This document shows, piece by piece, positions 26,458-43,590 of a DNA stretch of 64,000 nucleotides. How positions within the stretch are numbered: position 1 is the stretch's first letter; the number at the start of each line of letters is the position of its first letter. Both the position numbers and the translations under genes were made by a program. A model generated the notes under the pieces. The model was not told where the DNA came from and did not search any database. It worked only from the letters and a program-made list of their open reading frames with translations. This DNA is from the human T2T-CHM13v2.0 reference genome, Homo sapiens: assembly GCF_009914755.1 (NCBI RefSeq), contig NC_060928.1. One strand, given 5' to 3'.

Positions 26458-28645
26458 TTAATGCCGTAATCTATACATATTGACCTCAAAATGTGGCCAC
26501 AACATATATTTCTGAAAAAAAGAAAAGAGGTTACTGAACAATATATGTAAGACAAACACGTTTGCATAAAATTCTGCATCTGTTGAGAGAACAGTGTCAG
26601 CTGTCTGAAAAGATGTTCCTCAAATATTGACAGTAGTTATTGCTGGGTAGTGTTACTTTTAGTGATTTTTACTTTCTTTATACTTTTCTGTGCTATGTAA
26701 TTTTTTTTACAATGAGTGTATAACCTTTTTCTAAATCAGAAAAAAAATCTATTTCTATTTTGAAAGTTTTAATATGTGCTAGGAAAATAAGAAGAGTAAG
26801 AAAGTTTCACAAAATGAATAAAAAGTAATTTCTTCCTGATTCCCAGTAGTATCTCTAAAGTCAGCACCAATAAGGATCATAACTTAGAACTGCATATTTT
26901 CTGAGTTGAATCTTTTTGCCCCAATTTTGCTAACTATACTAAAAACAGTATTTCAAATTCCCCCCACCACAGAGAAAATACAAGTTCATCCCTAATCTAT
27001 TCAGCAAATTCAACCCCAACCAGGGGTTTCTTCCTAAACTAATTTATTCTTAACTTTTTCATTTATCTCCCAAGCACTATGTTTGATGTTTAAAAAGAAA
27101 AAGCACTGACTTGACCTAATATTAGTACTACATGAATGTGCAGGTTTATTTTCCCAATTTTGTCCTGATGGCAGTAATTATTTCAGAACCTTGCTAAGTC
27201 TTACTTGCTTATCAGTCTTTCCAATAATTCTTACCAGCAAAACTGGCAGTTTTATCCTTCTTTTCAACAGAGATTTAGAGGCCAAGAACTATAGTGAATT
27301 CTCACCTGACAAAGCGTTTATTGCCTTTTTCAAAATATACTGCAGGACGTTTATTAGTAGACTATGAAGTATTTATCACCAGTAATTAAAAATAAGCTGT
27401 ACTTGTTGGAATAAATGCAGAGTCAGAGATGCAATACTATTACTTTTTATTGTTTATTTGCTCTTCTTTTAACCTAATATAAAAATTCCTTTACTAACGT
27501 GCTAAGGCATTTATCGTAAGGCTGATGTTAAACAAACCTGTTTGCATTTTACTAAGCAGACAAGGAAAGCATCAGAAGTCACTATAAAGATTTCTAAGGC
27601 AACAGTGAGAAGATCCAGGAATGTTTGTGCACTGCTAGTAGAAATAAAGGCAAATTGACCTTTAAAAGATAAGAAGGTAATCTGCAACATAGAGCAACCA
27701 CGTTCTCATCCTTTAACCTAAAAATTCCACTTATAATTTGTATCCTAAAAACTAATCATAAATATACAAAAGTGATAGCTACAAGATTGTTTAACCATTG
27801 GAACTTAGTTTTTTAAATTTTCCGAATAACAAAACACCTTGCAGCCATTAAAAATAGTGTTGCAGAAGAATATTTAATTACAAAGAAAAATAGGAGACAA
27901 GGAGTTTATAATATGCATATGCACAACATGATTGCAAGTTATAGCTTAGATAAATAGACAGATAGAGATCAGAACTAGAAATATATCAATCAAGCATTAA
28001 TAAGTCACCAAAACATAAATGTTGAAATCTCTGGAGGATGGAATTATGGGTGGGGTGTATACTCTTCTGTGTGCCCATCTGTATTTTCCAAATTCTTACA
28101 ATGTATGTGTGCTACTTTTGTAATGGGAGAAGTTCTTATTAAGAGATAGTAAGTGCCCTCTAGAAGCTTGTTGAATGAATGAATTCAATTTCTTTTTTAT
28201 ATCTCTCTCCTGCTTTGAGGACTCTCCATATATGTAAAGTTGTCATTTGAGAAGAAAAAGCTTTAGCTGTAATTCAAACTTAGTCTCACTGAGACCTGTA
28301 TAAGTAGACCAAAACTTGTTTCAAAACGTCATCACATACATACACACACATAAAAATTGAGCATATCACATTCTAATACCAGCCAAATAATGTCAAATTA
28401 TAATTTTAAAATAATGATTAAGGGGTAGCCACAAGTGATTCAGCTTCACCAAAGACTAAAACATATTTGAGTATTCTCCTAAATTCAAAGCATATATAAT
28501 GATCTAAAATGCAGTAGGCATAATTTCTTGTAAAACCTCACAATTTTTATTTGTATGTACACACACATAGGTGCAAAGCAGACCCCAAGGTTATTTGAAT
28601 TTATCTTTGCTACATGAGTTCTTGTTACAAGCATAACTGACCCAC

Positions 28646-29058
28646 TGTCTTAGTTCATTTCGTGTTGCTATAAGGGCATCTCTGAGGCTGGGTAAGTTAT
28701 AAAGAAAAGGAAGTTTATTTGGTTCACGATTCTGATGGCTAGAAAGCTCAAGATTGGGCATTTGCATCTGGTGAGGGCCTCAGGCTGCTTCCACTCATAG
28801 CGGAGGACAAAGGGGAGCTGGCATGTGCAGAGATCACATAGAGAGAAAGGATGAAAATGGGGTGGGGCGTGCCAGGCTCTTTTTAACAACGAGCTGTCTC
28901 AAGAACTAATAGAGGGAGAACTCCCTCCCACGGGAGGGCATTACTCTTCATGAGAGACCCACCCCATGACCCAAACACCTCCCATTAGGCTCCACCTCCA
29001 ACAGTGGGGGTCACATTTCAATGCGAGGTTTGGAGGAACAAAGATCCAAGCCACAGCA
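28646..29058 (-). mobile_element. MST-family (MSTB-like) solo LTR
   Basis: TGTCTTAGTTC...CCAAACACCTCCCATTAGGC...ACAGCA. Confidence 0.88.
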
Positions 29059-29222
29059 CCCGCAGATTTTTAGGAAGTAGAAAACAATTCCATTCACACC
29101 TGAAATGTCAGGCCCATACTTTAAACTGTCATGTTATCTATTGTCATTTTGAGGATATTATTGTTTTAGTAAGGTTAGGGATGAGATTTGCCTTCAATTC
29201 GTATCTTAAAAGTTTAAATTAC

Positions 29223-29524
<302 letters not shown>

Positions 29525-30416
29525 GGTTTAAATTACTTAAAATGAAAAGCAGTTCTGGAATTCCTGGCCAATTCATATGCCCCAGGGTTTACCAAAGCCA
29601 CGTAGAACAATATCACAGTGAACCACTAAAATGATCCCTACTTCCCTTTAAAGTTTTTAAATTGTAAAGAAGTTTTGTCACTTAGGGGGCATCTGTGGCG
29701 TAAAAATCAAGACAGAATTTAAATAAAGTAATACCACACTAACTTGCCTCGTCCTCTGGTTCTGGGAAAACTCTTGAGTCTGCCTTGAGGAGTAAAAGGC
29801 GACATGCCAGTCATCCATGAAATGCTGCTTATTGTTTTAGCTTGAGCAACCTGAAAATAAAGAACTTCCTTTCTGCACTGGTATTTCTTTAGTTTTCTTT
29901 CACCTTGGCAATCCAATTAGAAGGTTCGCATGTATGTTTCATGATTGAAAATGCCTGTTAAATCAAGAAAATGAAATTTAAGTCATCAATGCTTCCTTTA
30001 TACGCAAAGGGTCCTTTCTGAGGTATTGTTGAGAGGGCTGGATGTGGGATTTCCCTGCATCTCTGGGAACAGCTTTAAATGCCAGCCCCCTCCTGAGGCT
30101 CTGTCCTTTGCTGAGGAAATAATTTCAGAGGCAAACTATATTTCAGCACAGCTCCACACCTGTCTAAATCACCATGCCACAAGGCTGGAAAGAGAAAAGA
30201 CTACTACTGACTTTACTCCTCTTTCCTTTAACGAGTTTTGAAGGGTTTCTTTTTACCAAAGAAATAATGAACGCCTCTTGCAAACTGTGGGGGAAAATGT
30301 TCTATTTGGAAGTAATTGAAAATATGTTTTGCAGCTACTTACGAACCCTTTTCCAAATAGCTTTCTTTTCTAATTAACTCACCACAGTGCTTAGCTCTGA
30401 AATTCGGTGGGTAGAG

Positions 30417-30432
30417 AGTGACATCTAGTGTG
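30417..30432 (-). promoter_or_regulatory. Candidate CTCF site
   Basis: Minus strand CACACTAGATGTCACT resembles the CTCF core. Motif only. Confidence 0.5.
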
Positions 30433-31022
30433 TTGAAAAAGAACTTGAAACACGAAAGTTGGGTGAGGGCAGAAGACCTACGTTTATAACTATGACTCCT
30501 AAATGCTTCCCTTCTAGTGTAATAATTGCCAGATGGAAATGCAAGGTTGCTATCATGGAAGTTTCATGAGTGTTTGAAATTATGAGAAAGATTGTTTTCT
30601 CTTTAGATATTTAGAGAACTGTGGATGTTTTAAGGTACACTTTGTCTAAAGAAGCCTATAGTCCTAAAAGTAATTTGTGTGAGGACAAGGTGGGGTCATA
30701 ACACCTAAGAGATGAAATATGGTTTCTCCCTGAGGTCAGAAAAGTAATTTTCACTTTAAAGTTAAAGTGGAAGGGATCAGGGATGATCAGCTGCCCCTGA
30801 ACTCTAGTAGCTTGTCATCATGGGGATTTTTTCAGGCTTTGCAGGTAGACAGTTCAAACCTGATTCAGGAGGAAATAGTCACTGCCGATTTAACAGACGC
30901 AGGTGCCTAACATGAGCAATGTCCGTGCTGTGGTGACAACAGATGGAACAAGGCAAGTCCCTTCATCAAAACAGAAATAAAGTGCTAAAGAGGACTCCCA
31001 AAGAGAGGAGGCAATCATGTAG

Positions 31023-31362
<340 letters not shown>

Positions 31363-32608
31363 CCTGGATAAAATTTTTGACATGTGCAATAGGAAGAAAG
31401 GGCACTCCAGGTAAAGGAAACAGCATGAGTAAAATCACAAATCAGGAAAAGATCATCTGAGTGCTACTCTCCTTTTATTGAGTCAGAAATAGTACATTCT
31501 GACTCAAATGCAGGATAAATATAGGAGAGAAGTAAAATATGATGTTGATTGGTGGACCTTCAAATGCCAACACAGGAATTTCTGCAGGGTCCTTGGTGCT
31601 GTGTCACAGCTGTTATCAAGAATTCATGCCTATATTCTCTCATCCACAGAACCCACCAAGGGAGCATGAAGCCAAGCGGAAATGCTGTTGTACAGTCACC
31701 TATGAGAACCAAAATAAGGCCAGCCAGAACACTGTCAAGGTCATGGCAGAGCCCAGGCATCCCTTGTTAACATCCATCTCTGAGTGAGCATTATGCAGAG
31801 AAGTTTTCCCCACTCCCAATTCCTCTTCCAGATTTAAAGAAAAAGCTATTCAACTGCAGAAGGAACTTGAGCCTTTCCTCATAGGGGAGATTACCATCTT
31901 TGACCTTACCTGTTCTAGCTATGAGGCAAAAATCTTTCTAAATAGATACACATCAATCACCACGCCATATCTGCTTGCTTAACTCAGGATTACATCATTA
32001 AAAATCGTTCCCTGTTCTCAGTAAGCCATCACTGGATATGGTAGGGGAGCCAAGAATTATTGACCAACTGAAAAATGACAGGGCCCCATCAAATCTATTT
32101 GACTTGTATTTCCCGGTTCCAAAGGACAGGTTCCAAAGGACAGAAGGCCCTTTATTCTATGACGCAATGGAATGGGACATTTGAAAGCCAGCATCCAATC
32201 ACAACATAAGGGCACTTGGAAGATCCTAAAGTCTGAAGCTAGCACTGAGCTACTTTTCCAGTGGATATCAGGTAACTCTCCCTAAGGATAAAGCTTTATG
32301 CTAAATTCCTGGAATTCGCTAATTTAACATTTGAGGTATCAGTTACACTCAAGCAGCTCCTATGATTCAGGATATGTAATAATTTCTCAGTTTACTGAGA
32401 CAAATTTAAATTAAGCCTGCTGTGAGGCTTGACCTTCTGGCTCTCTACATGTCATCATACGCTCTGAAACCCCAGACATCAAGTCCCTGGTTCTTAGAGA
32501 GAAAAAGACAACAAATAAGAAGAGAATTATTAGTGAAAGTTGAAATCTAGGTTTTGAGGATCCTGGCGCTCATACGACATTGGGTCCTCTATAAGGAAAA
32601 GAATTTTG

Positions 32609-32904
<296 letters not shown>

Positions 32905-33382
32905 GAATTTTACAATGGTAAATATCTATTTAGAACCAAATACGAAATCCTCACAAATTATACAATTTCTTAAAGCTATTGAATACCATAAACATCACAA
33001 AAATTAGAATAAAAACTTGTATTTTTACTAATTAGTTGCCTGACACACTTCTACGATATGTTCTTTACTGCATTTTGGGGGTACATATCCTTTGCCTCTT
33101 AATGAGATTTAGAAAAATCACTTTCTATAGAAAGAATAGATAGTTCAGTCTTTCCTCCATCATGACTCATCAAAATATGTTTTTATTGATAGTTTAGAAA
33201 GGTTTCTTTTAGCTTCACAACACATTATTGATACCATATAAAATTTAGGATTGTTGTCAAATTTTTAAAAATCTCAAGTTTCTTTTAAAAATGAGATATA
33301 AAATTTCAGGATATTTCAAGTGTTCTTGGGCAATGGCTAATCTTAAATATTAATTGGTATTTCATTAAATAATTTGCTCATC

Positions 33383-33692
33383 AGCTGGGCGCAGTGGTGC
33401 ATGCCTGTAAATCCCAGCACTTTGGGAGACCAAAATGGGTGGACTGCCTGAGCTGGGAGTTCGAGATCACCCTGGGCAACATGGTGAAACCTCGTCTCTA
33501 CTAAAATACAAAAAATTAGCCAGGCGTGGTGGCAGGCACCTGTAGTCCCAGCTAGGAGGCTGAGGCAGGAGAATCGCTTGAACCCAGAAGGCAGAGGTTG
33601 CAGTGAGCCGAGTTCGTGCCACTGCACTCCAGCCTGAGCAACAGAGGGAGATCTTGTCTCCAAAAATAATAATAATTATATAATAATAATAA
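33383..33692 (+). mobile_element. AluS
   Basis: (TAA)n tail. Confidence 0.94.
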
Positions 33693-33919
33693 TTGCTCAA
33701 TATTGTCATCAATATCTTCACAATAATGACATTATGAATTTTATAATATCTTCATCAATATCAGTGTTTTATCAAATAAGCAAGAAATGTAAATCTTTTC
33801 CTAGTGTGATACACTCCTCTTCATCAGACATTTTATCAAATAATAGTAGACCTTATTCATTATTTCTACTCAAAATTACTTCTTCCTCTCCATGGATGGC
33901 CACTTTAGGCATTATCTAA

Positions 33920-34342
<423 letters not shown>

Positions 34343-34584
34343 TAATAAAAATTATAAAGGTAACTAAAGAAGATACCCTTCATGTATGTCCAAATCGAGT
34401 AAATAATTTTTCAAAAGTAGTAATATTCAATAAATTATCACTCAAAAGCATTTTTCCAAATTCACTTCTTACTTCTTCACAATATTTTACTATTGAAAAC
34501 TTCATGAAAACAGATGGCCATGTGAACACATTGGTAAGCATGTAAGAGAGGGGCCCTAAAGCATAAGCTTCATTAGTTTCATAT

Positions 34585-34651
34585 ATTATGTCGGTACAAA
34601 AGTATTTGCAGTTTTTGTCCTTGCTTTCAGTCTAATTCTGCATCAACCTAA
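34585..34651. mobile_element. MADE-like mariner MITE (degenerate)
   Basis: TTATGTCGGTACAAAAGTATTTGCAGTTTTTG...TGCATCAACCTAA. Confidence 0.65.
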
Positions 34652-34861
34652 TAAATCCAATTCTGTTGACATGACAGTTTGTTTGGGATTTTAAGGATAA
34701 TGCAAGATAACCCTCTGATTCTTGTAGGGTATGTGATCCAGGAGAAAACCTGGAGCTTGTTCAAATGCAATCATATTCAACACTTTGGGAATTCTGAAAA
34801 TTCCTTAAACGTATGCTGGAGGAGGTCAAGAGTAGACTTAGAACCTAATAAATAAACTAGG

Positions 34862-35164
34862 GGCTGGGTGCGGTGGCTCACGCCTGTAATCCCAACACTT
34901 TGGGAGACTGAGGCGGGAGGATCACTTGAGGTCAGGAGTTTGAGATCAGCCTGGTCAACGTAGCGAAACCCCATCTCTACTAACAATACAAAAATTAGGC
35001 AGGTGTGGTGGCACGCACCTGTAACCCCAGCTACTTGGGAGGCTGAGGCACAAGAATTGCTTGTGCTCCACCTAGGAGGTTACAGTGAGCCAAGATCTCG
35101 CCACTGCACTCCAGCCCAGGTGACAGAGAGAGACTTTGTCTCAAAAAACAAAAACAAAAAACAA
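34862..35164 (+). mobile_element. AluS
   Basis: Dimer with (CAAAAA)n tail. Confidence 0.94.
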
Positions 35165-35209
35165 GGACATTAACACCTTATACACCAGCTTATGTCATTG
35201 AGTACAACT

Positions 35210-35560
35210 GCATCAGCCAGGGTTCTACCAGAGAAATGAAACCAGTAAAGAGGGAGAGAGAAATTTATTACAAGGACTCTTTTTATGAAAATGTGGGGAC
35301 TAACCAGGCAAGTCCAAAAGCCATGGGGCAGGCCAGCAGGCTGGAAACTCTGCTGTCCTCAGGGGAATTTCAGTTTGGCTCTTCAACTGATTAAATCACC
35401 ATCCAGATTATCAAGGATAATATCCTTTACTTAAAGTCCACTGATTATAGATGCTAATCACATCTACAAAATACCTTCATAGCAACACCAACATTAGTGT
35501 TGGATTGAATAACCAAGTACTATAGGCTAGCCACACTGACACATCAAACTAACCACCACA
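35210..35560 (-). mobile_element. MLT2 LTR
   Basis: CAGGGTTCTACCAGAGAAA...TGACACATCAAACTAACCACCACA. Confidence 0.8.
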
Positions 35561-35699
35561 CGTTAACATCTACTATTAGAGTATGCTAACAAGCAGACAC
35601 CAAAGGTGAAATATTATTCTCTTTCACTCAGTTTGAGTTCATGGAAGCACAGAAAAGATTAATTTGCTGCAGGGGTGGAGTCAGGGTTGGAGAAGCTTC

Positions 35700-35935
35700 A
35701 TGTAACATTGGTCAAGACCTCAACTCAGGAGTCAGCATCCTGGGTTCAAATTCTGGCTCTGACACTCACTTCCTAAGTGACTCCCTCATATGCTTATTTC
35801 TTCAATAGGAAGTGAGGATAACAGTACCTATCTCACATCTATTGCGGAAGTTAAAAGAGATAAGCCATGTAAAGTGCTTAGAACAACGCCAGGCATGTAA
35901 CCAGTGCTTAACTATCAGCTGTCATCATTATAATG
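35700..35935 (+). mobile_element. MIR (followed by an L2-like fragment to ~36200)
   Basis: CCTGGGTTCAAATTCTGGCTCTG...AAAGTGCTTAGAACA. Confidence 0.75.
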
Positions 35936-38232
35936 ATCACGATTATCAATATAAGCCTTGAAGGATGAGTAAGACTAACCCAGGACAGGAAAGGCATCCC
36001 AGGCAGGAGAAACAGTAAGAGCAAAGGCACAGAGGCATGAAACCACCTGTCACGCCTGGGGAGGGGTAAGTAACACCGTGTAGCCAGAGCATGGAAGGTG
36101 GTGAGGAAAGCTTAGATCTGAAGGGTTGGCTGGACTCAGCCAGTGAGGAGCCTTGAATGTAAAAAAAAAAAAAAAGCTTGCACTTTATTTAGGCAGCAAA
36201 AAGAGACAGAAAGATTTTTTTTTTAATTAAAACAAAGTAATCCAATCTATGAATATTTGGAATGCGCAGGCCTAGTATAAGTGCTCCACATTTGAATAAC
36301 GAGCCTGAGTCTTGATGCTCTCAGTACTCAGTGCTTGAGTAACAGGAAGTCCAGTCCTTTCCCTGGCTTCCTCCTCATGTATATTTTCTGGAATCCCCCA
36401 GAGGTGTTCCTGTGAGTTTTTAAATCAATCCTGATGGTAGCTTACTGTCACCATGACTGGTGGTCCAGAACCGCATGCATAACCCTCAAGAGAAGACTCC
36501 GTATTGAGAGATCCACCACCCCAATCCTCCATGCTGGAACCAGAAGATGCCCTTTGAAGAGGGACCTGTCAAAATCATCTGGGTTCCAACATATTATAAT
36601 CCTATATATTCACAAATACTCAACATATCAGCGAGGGCTAATTGTCTCCCAAAATCCATTCTGTCTAAGTGCTATCATAAAAGAGTGATAGCTGGGCATG
36701 CAGGCACCTGGCTAGGGACTACATTTCTCAACACTTTCTGAAGATAGATTAAACCATATGACTTCTCACCAATGGCACATGGGCATAGTGATATATGCCA
36801 CTTCCAGCCCTGGACCTTAGAATATTGCACATGTATTTCCCCATGCACTTTCATCTTCCCTCAAACTAGAATACCAATTGATTGTGACTCAGTTTCAAAC
36901 ATGTCATTAGAACCCAGGATTTAGGGGATGGTAGAGAATAATAGGCCCCTGAACACTTGAATGACTTCACAGAGCAAAGCTCGCCCTAGACTGTGGTTAA
37001 CAAAGAAAGAAACTTCTTATTGCTTTAAGCCACTTGATTATTATGCACCTCTTTATTACAATGGCCTAGTTTTACCCCGATACACTCAGCTTTTTCCCCA
37101 CAAGTCTTATACATGTAACCAGGTAAAACTTGTAAGTAGAACCATCATCCCTATCAAATACTTAGACCTGGATATCAGGTTTGTCCATTGTGCCAAATTG
37201 CCTATGATGAATTCTAATTCATAGAGAGAGAAAGAGGGAAGGAGAGGAGAGAAATAACCATTGTTCCTCCTACAATCTGGTTTATGTCAGAACTTCTTCA
37301 CAAATACATCCAATATGTTTGTGGATCCCAAAGCTGAACAGAGTTCAATGTTTTGTTTTGTTTTTTCTTGTGGGAATTTTCCCAGCTCCTGTGCAAAGCA
37401 ATGAATATGAATGAATACCCAGGTAGGGAAAATGTCTAATACCTCTTACCAGAAGCACCTATGGCCCTGCTTCTGCTCATCCACAACTCCCAAGCCTCAC
37501 AGCTCCTAAGATGCCTGAGATACCTGTGGTCTCTGTGAAGAGTATAGGTGGAGAAGGTGAAGGCAAGCCTAGACTCAGAGAATGTTGCAATTATCCAGAT
37601 GAGAGATAGTGAAATGCCAGATAGGACAGTACTGGGGAAATGGAAAGAATCAAATGTAAGAAACGTGTCAGAAGAACAGTAAGACGTGCTGACAGACATT
37701 TATCATAGTTATCACATACACACTTCAGTAATTTTGATGATGATAATCATTATGTTATAGAAATATCGCAGGGGAACTACCTGATTTACATAAATCTGCT
37801 CAGTCCTGGACCACCTTGTGGTAAACAGTATTAAAAAAAAATGCAATACAGTGCTGCATAACAATTGTATCTTGTAAAAGTTTCTTTTATGACTTAAGAA
37901 GGGAAATGAGGGGAGGAATTCAGATATAGCAAGAGAGTGAAAGGTGAATGACAGAGAAAAACTAAGGCCACCCTAGAAATGAACAAGTAATACGGGTTTT
38001 TATGGGACTGTTAGGTATTGTGAAATATTTCATATTCTCTATCAGAAAGTCTCCATTTGTACAATATCTTTTTGAAAACCAGATAGAATTTTAAAAAGGA
38101 TAAGTGATCTAGGAAACTTTTGTAAGTTTCTTTATCCCAGCCATGTTAAGTTCCTTTTTTTTTTTAACATTCTATATGGTTCAGGATATTCACCTGCAAA
38201 CAATATAATCTACCTGATTATGATCTAATCAG

Positions 38233-38631
38233 TGTTATGCACTAAATGTTTGCATCCCCCAAAATTTATATGTTGAAGCCTTAATCCTCAGTGTGTCTGT
38301 ATTTGGAGATGGGGCCCCAAGGAAGTAATTAGGTTACATGAGGTCATAAGGGTGGGGCCCTGTTCCTATAGGATGAGCACCCTCATAAGAAGAGACAACA
38401 CTCTTAGATTCTCTCTCTCTCTACACACACGCACACTGAGGAAAGGCCACATGAGGACACAGTGACAAGGCAGCTATCTACAAGCCAGGAAGAGAGTCCT
38501 CAGCCAAACAGAATCAGCTGGAACCTTGGTCTGGGACTTCCAGCCTCCAGAACTATGAAAAAATTAATTTATATTGTTTAGGCCACCCAGTCTATAGCAT
38601 TTTGTTACAGCAGCCCAAGCAGATAAAGACA
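38233..38631 (+). mobile_element. MLT1A/B-like solo LTR
   Basis: TGTTATGCACTAAATG...GGACTTCCAGCCTCCAGAACT...AAGACA. Confidence 0.85.
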
Positions 38632-39336
38632 AGCAATAAGGCATTTATTACTGTTTTTCATTGAAGCTAAGATGTCATTATTTGTTAAGGCACATCATTG
38701 TTTTATAATCCATTAAGAAAGATATATTATTGCTAATTAAATTACAATATGTCATGAATTATAAGAAGCATCCCAATTTCAGGAATGTAAAAGTGGGGGA
38801 AATGTACATCTTAGAATCGATGGAATAAGGTAAATATACTGGGAAGCTTATAGACTTTTCAGGAAGACCAGGGGAATAGGTTTAGATGCTTCACAGCCAG
38901 AAACAAAGCATCCCAGAAAAATGCCCAACCATTCCATGTGACTAGTCCAGCAGAAACAGCATTGTCACCATTGCCATGCCAATCATCACCTGTAACACAT
39001 CAGAAACTCTGCCACCTGCCCTGGAAGAACTAATGCCTGCAGACTTGCCAAAACAGCCAATCATCAGCACCACTCTAAGTCCCTTTGGTGACTATGAGCA
39101 TGAAGGAGAAACCCTTTCAATAATTATGCCAGGACAACAGGCATAAACCAGACTGCTCAAGGGAAACCAGACATTTGGTCATGCTTGGTGGAAACTAGAA
39201 CCCTAGTTACAAAAGAGTCTGGGAAATATTTTTAGCTTTTCTGCTTCTATTATAAAGGAAGACAGGCTAGAAGGGGGTTGCACTAGATGTTAAGTGAGCC
39301 TATGTACATGACCTGCTACACATTTGTTAAATATGG

Positions 39337-39640
39337 GGGCAGAAACAGTGGCCCAATCCTGTAATCCAGCACTTTGGGAAGCTGAGGTGGGAGGATCACT
39401 TAAAGCCAGAAGTTCAAGACAAGCCCAGGCAACATAGCAAAACCCTGAGACTACAAAACAAAATACAAAAATTAGCTGGGCATGGTGGCACACGCCTGTA
39501 GTCCTAGGTACTTAGGAAGCTAAGGCAGGAGAATCACTTGAGCCCAGAAGTTCAAAGCTGCAGTGAGGTATGATTGCACCACTGCACTCCAGCCTATGTG
39601 ACAGAACCAGACCCTGACTCTAAAAAATAAATAAATAAAT
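39337..39640 (+). mobile_element. AluJ
   Basis: Diverged dimer. Confidence 0.92.
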
Positions 39641-39703
39641 ATTGGAGAGCTTATGGATGAATACATTCCAAAAAAACTGAATATTATAACAATTTTGTTA
39701 TAG

Positions 39704-40323
<620 letters not shown>

Positions 40324-41354
40324 TTGACTATTACATATAACAAAGAAAGAGCCTCTATGTAAACCAGAAATTGTTTTGAGCTGGCTTTGTTACAAGGGCT
40401 CTTACCTCCAGCAGCAGGGCCAGAAAAGCCTCATGAAGACAGCATTTTATCAGGAGTGATTAGCCATTTTGCTCACTCTGAGCTTCAGAATGTTGATGCT
40501 AAATTTGTTCCATCCAAGATAAATTTATATTACAATGCCTGAATGTTTTCTTTCAGTTGGAATTTTATGACGATAACAAATGGGTCTGCTCTGTTACGAG
40601 AACTATATGCATAGTTATGCATTGACCTGTAAAGGATGTACAGAAGTTTCTGGACTCGATCTCTTGTTTCTTCTCATAGATGCATTGGCCTCTATGGCGA
40701 GGAGACTCATTCTGCTTTATGCTCCATCTTACTTTTCAGGACACTCTATTCTACAACACTCTTGTCCCATACTCTTCTCCTCTCTAAGAAGTCTACTTCT
40801 TGCTGCAGAGCCCTTTTTCACTGATCACAGAGAGTCTGAGGCCTTTGTTTTGTAAGTGATAACATTTCACAAATATTAAACCTCTGCATGTAATTTTCTC
40901 CTTTAAATAACACTCTCTAGAAGCTTCTTACCTCCCAGGAGACATCACTGAGGCTAGGGGCCCCAGAGAAGGACAGAATGGAGATTTGACTTCTTTAGCA
41001 AGACTCGGAGCTTGAAAAACAGGGTTAGGCAGTCCCGCACAGTTTCTCAATGGGTCACCACTGGCATTTTAAGTGGGACAATTATTCCTTATGAGGACTG
41101 CCATGGGCAGTGCTTCACCTCACTTAATGTCAGTAGCACACTCCAGTTATGGTTGCAATAAACAGCACTCACAATCTTCCCCAAATGCCCCTTAGAGAAA
41201 TAGTAATTCCCCTATCTGAGCTCTGCTGAGCTGAAGAGATTTCCTAAATGTCTATAGCATCACATAAAACCAAGTCCACAGGACCAGACTCATTTCACAG
41301 AGTTCCTCTCAATGTATGAAGAATAAAACCCACTGGGTTAGGATAGCTAGGCCT

Positions 41355-41760
41355 AGGGTGACAACTTTGTCCCAGTTTGCCCAGGACTGTTCAGTTTTCT
41401 TGCTTGTTTTGTTTTGTTTGAGATGGAGTCTTGCTTTGTTGGCCATGCTGGAGTGCAATGCCACAGTCTGGGCTCACTGCAACCTCCACCTCCCAGGTTC
41501 AAGCGATTCTCCTGCCTCAGCCTCCTGAGTAGCTGGGACTACAGGCATGTGCCACCACACCCAGCTAATTTTTGTATTTTTAGTAGAGACGGGGTTTCAC
41601 CATGTTGGCCAGGCTGGTCTCAAACCCCTGACCTCATGATCCGCCCGCCTTGGCCTCCCAAAGTGCTGGAATTATAGGCATGAGCCACCGTGCCCAGCCA
41701 GGACTATTCAGTTTTAGCACTGAGCTCAGTCCTGGGCAAACTGGAATAGTTGATCACCCA
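41355..41760. mobile_element. MER94-like hAT MITE split by an Alu
   Basis: AGGGTGACAACT...GTCCCAGTTTGCCCAGGAC and inverted end GTCCTGGGCAAACTGG...GATCACCC. Confidence 0.65.
41406..41699 (-). mobile_element. AluS
   Basis: TSD AGGACTRTTCAGTTTT. Confidence 0.95.
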
Positions 41761-42334
41761 AACTCAGCTGTGATGCTTCTTGTAGGAAAGGATAAGACAT
41801 AAAGGAGCTCACTTCTTCTAATCTGGAGGGAATGTGAGAAGAAAAGAGGGGAGAGACAGAAAAAAGTACACCTAGGGTTCTTGCTTCCTCTCCTACCCTA
41901 GACATAGCCATCCTTTGGCCTACAAAGCCTTACAAACATCCAGATAGGTGGGAAGCACCCGAGGGCAGGGGCTCTGCGCACTTCCTCACTGGGAAGCAAT
42001 ACTCTAGCCAGCTACCCTGGCTGCAGCCTGGAGCAACCACACCTGGCGTCTGTAAAATGAAGGAGTTGGAGAAGATTCCCTCTTAGGGCCCTATTCACTC
42101 ACTTTAAATGACTGCTTTAAAGTTTCTCCATTTAACTTTACAGAACTTTTTTCAAACCCTAGGGAACTGATAATGTAAATATTCCAAATAAGGAGTCGCA
42201 GCCATCAGAGTCACTCAAGTAAAACAGCCAGAGTGGGTGGAAAGCCATAGAAAGTGGAAAAATTCTCTAACGAGCAGACCTACCTTCTTCCTCTCCCCTC
42301 CAGCTCTCTGCAGGGTGTTAGGGAAAAAACCACC

Positions 42335-43019
<685 letters not shown>

Positions 43020-43289
43020 ATCTACCTCCCCAGGTTTGGAACTCTTTCCCCTTCCCTTCAGGTTCTTGGTTCCTCCTTCCCCAGGGATTACAGAGCCTAG
43101 TAAGAGAGTCATTAGACAGAATCATTCCCAACCTGCTGATGTAACAACTATCTTCAGCTGCTGTTCTTAGCAGGTGGTGTGTGTCAGTGTGTTTGAAATG
43201 ACCTCTTTTTAAGGTAGAAGTAGAATAGCAGTTCTCAAAATTTTGGGGGAAGGTAAGTAATGTGTTAGTATTATTACAAAAATAATTTT

Positions 43290-43590
43290 GGCCAGGCACG
43301 GTGGCTCACACCCGTAATTTCAGCACCTTGGGAGGCTGAGGCAGGTAGATCACTTAAGGTCAGGAGTTTGAGACCAGCCTGGCCAACATGGCAAAACCCC
43401 ATCTCTACTAAAAATACAAAAATTAGCTGGGAGTGGTGGCACGTGTCTGTAATCCCAGCTACTCAGGAGGCTGAGGCAGGCTAATCACTTGAACCTGGGT
43501 GGTGGAGGTTGCAATGAGCTGAGATTGCACCAATGCACTCCAGCCTGGGTGATAGAGTGAGACTGTCTCAAAAAAAAAAAAAAAGAAAGA
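43290..43590 (+). mobile_element. AluS
   Basis: TSD AAAAATAATTTT. Confidence 0.95.

Noticed and set aside
40580-40855. 91-aa ATG ORF in unique sequence between splice-like sites
   Set aside because: In-frame stops just upstream and no recognisable homology. Kept only as a weak non-coding exon candidate.
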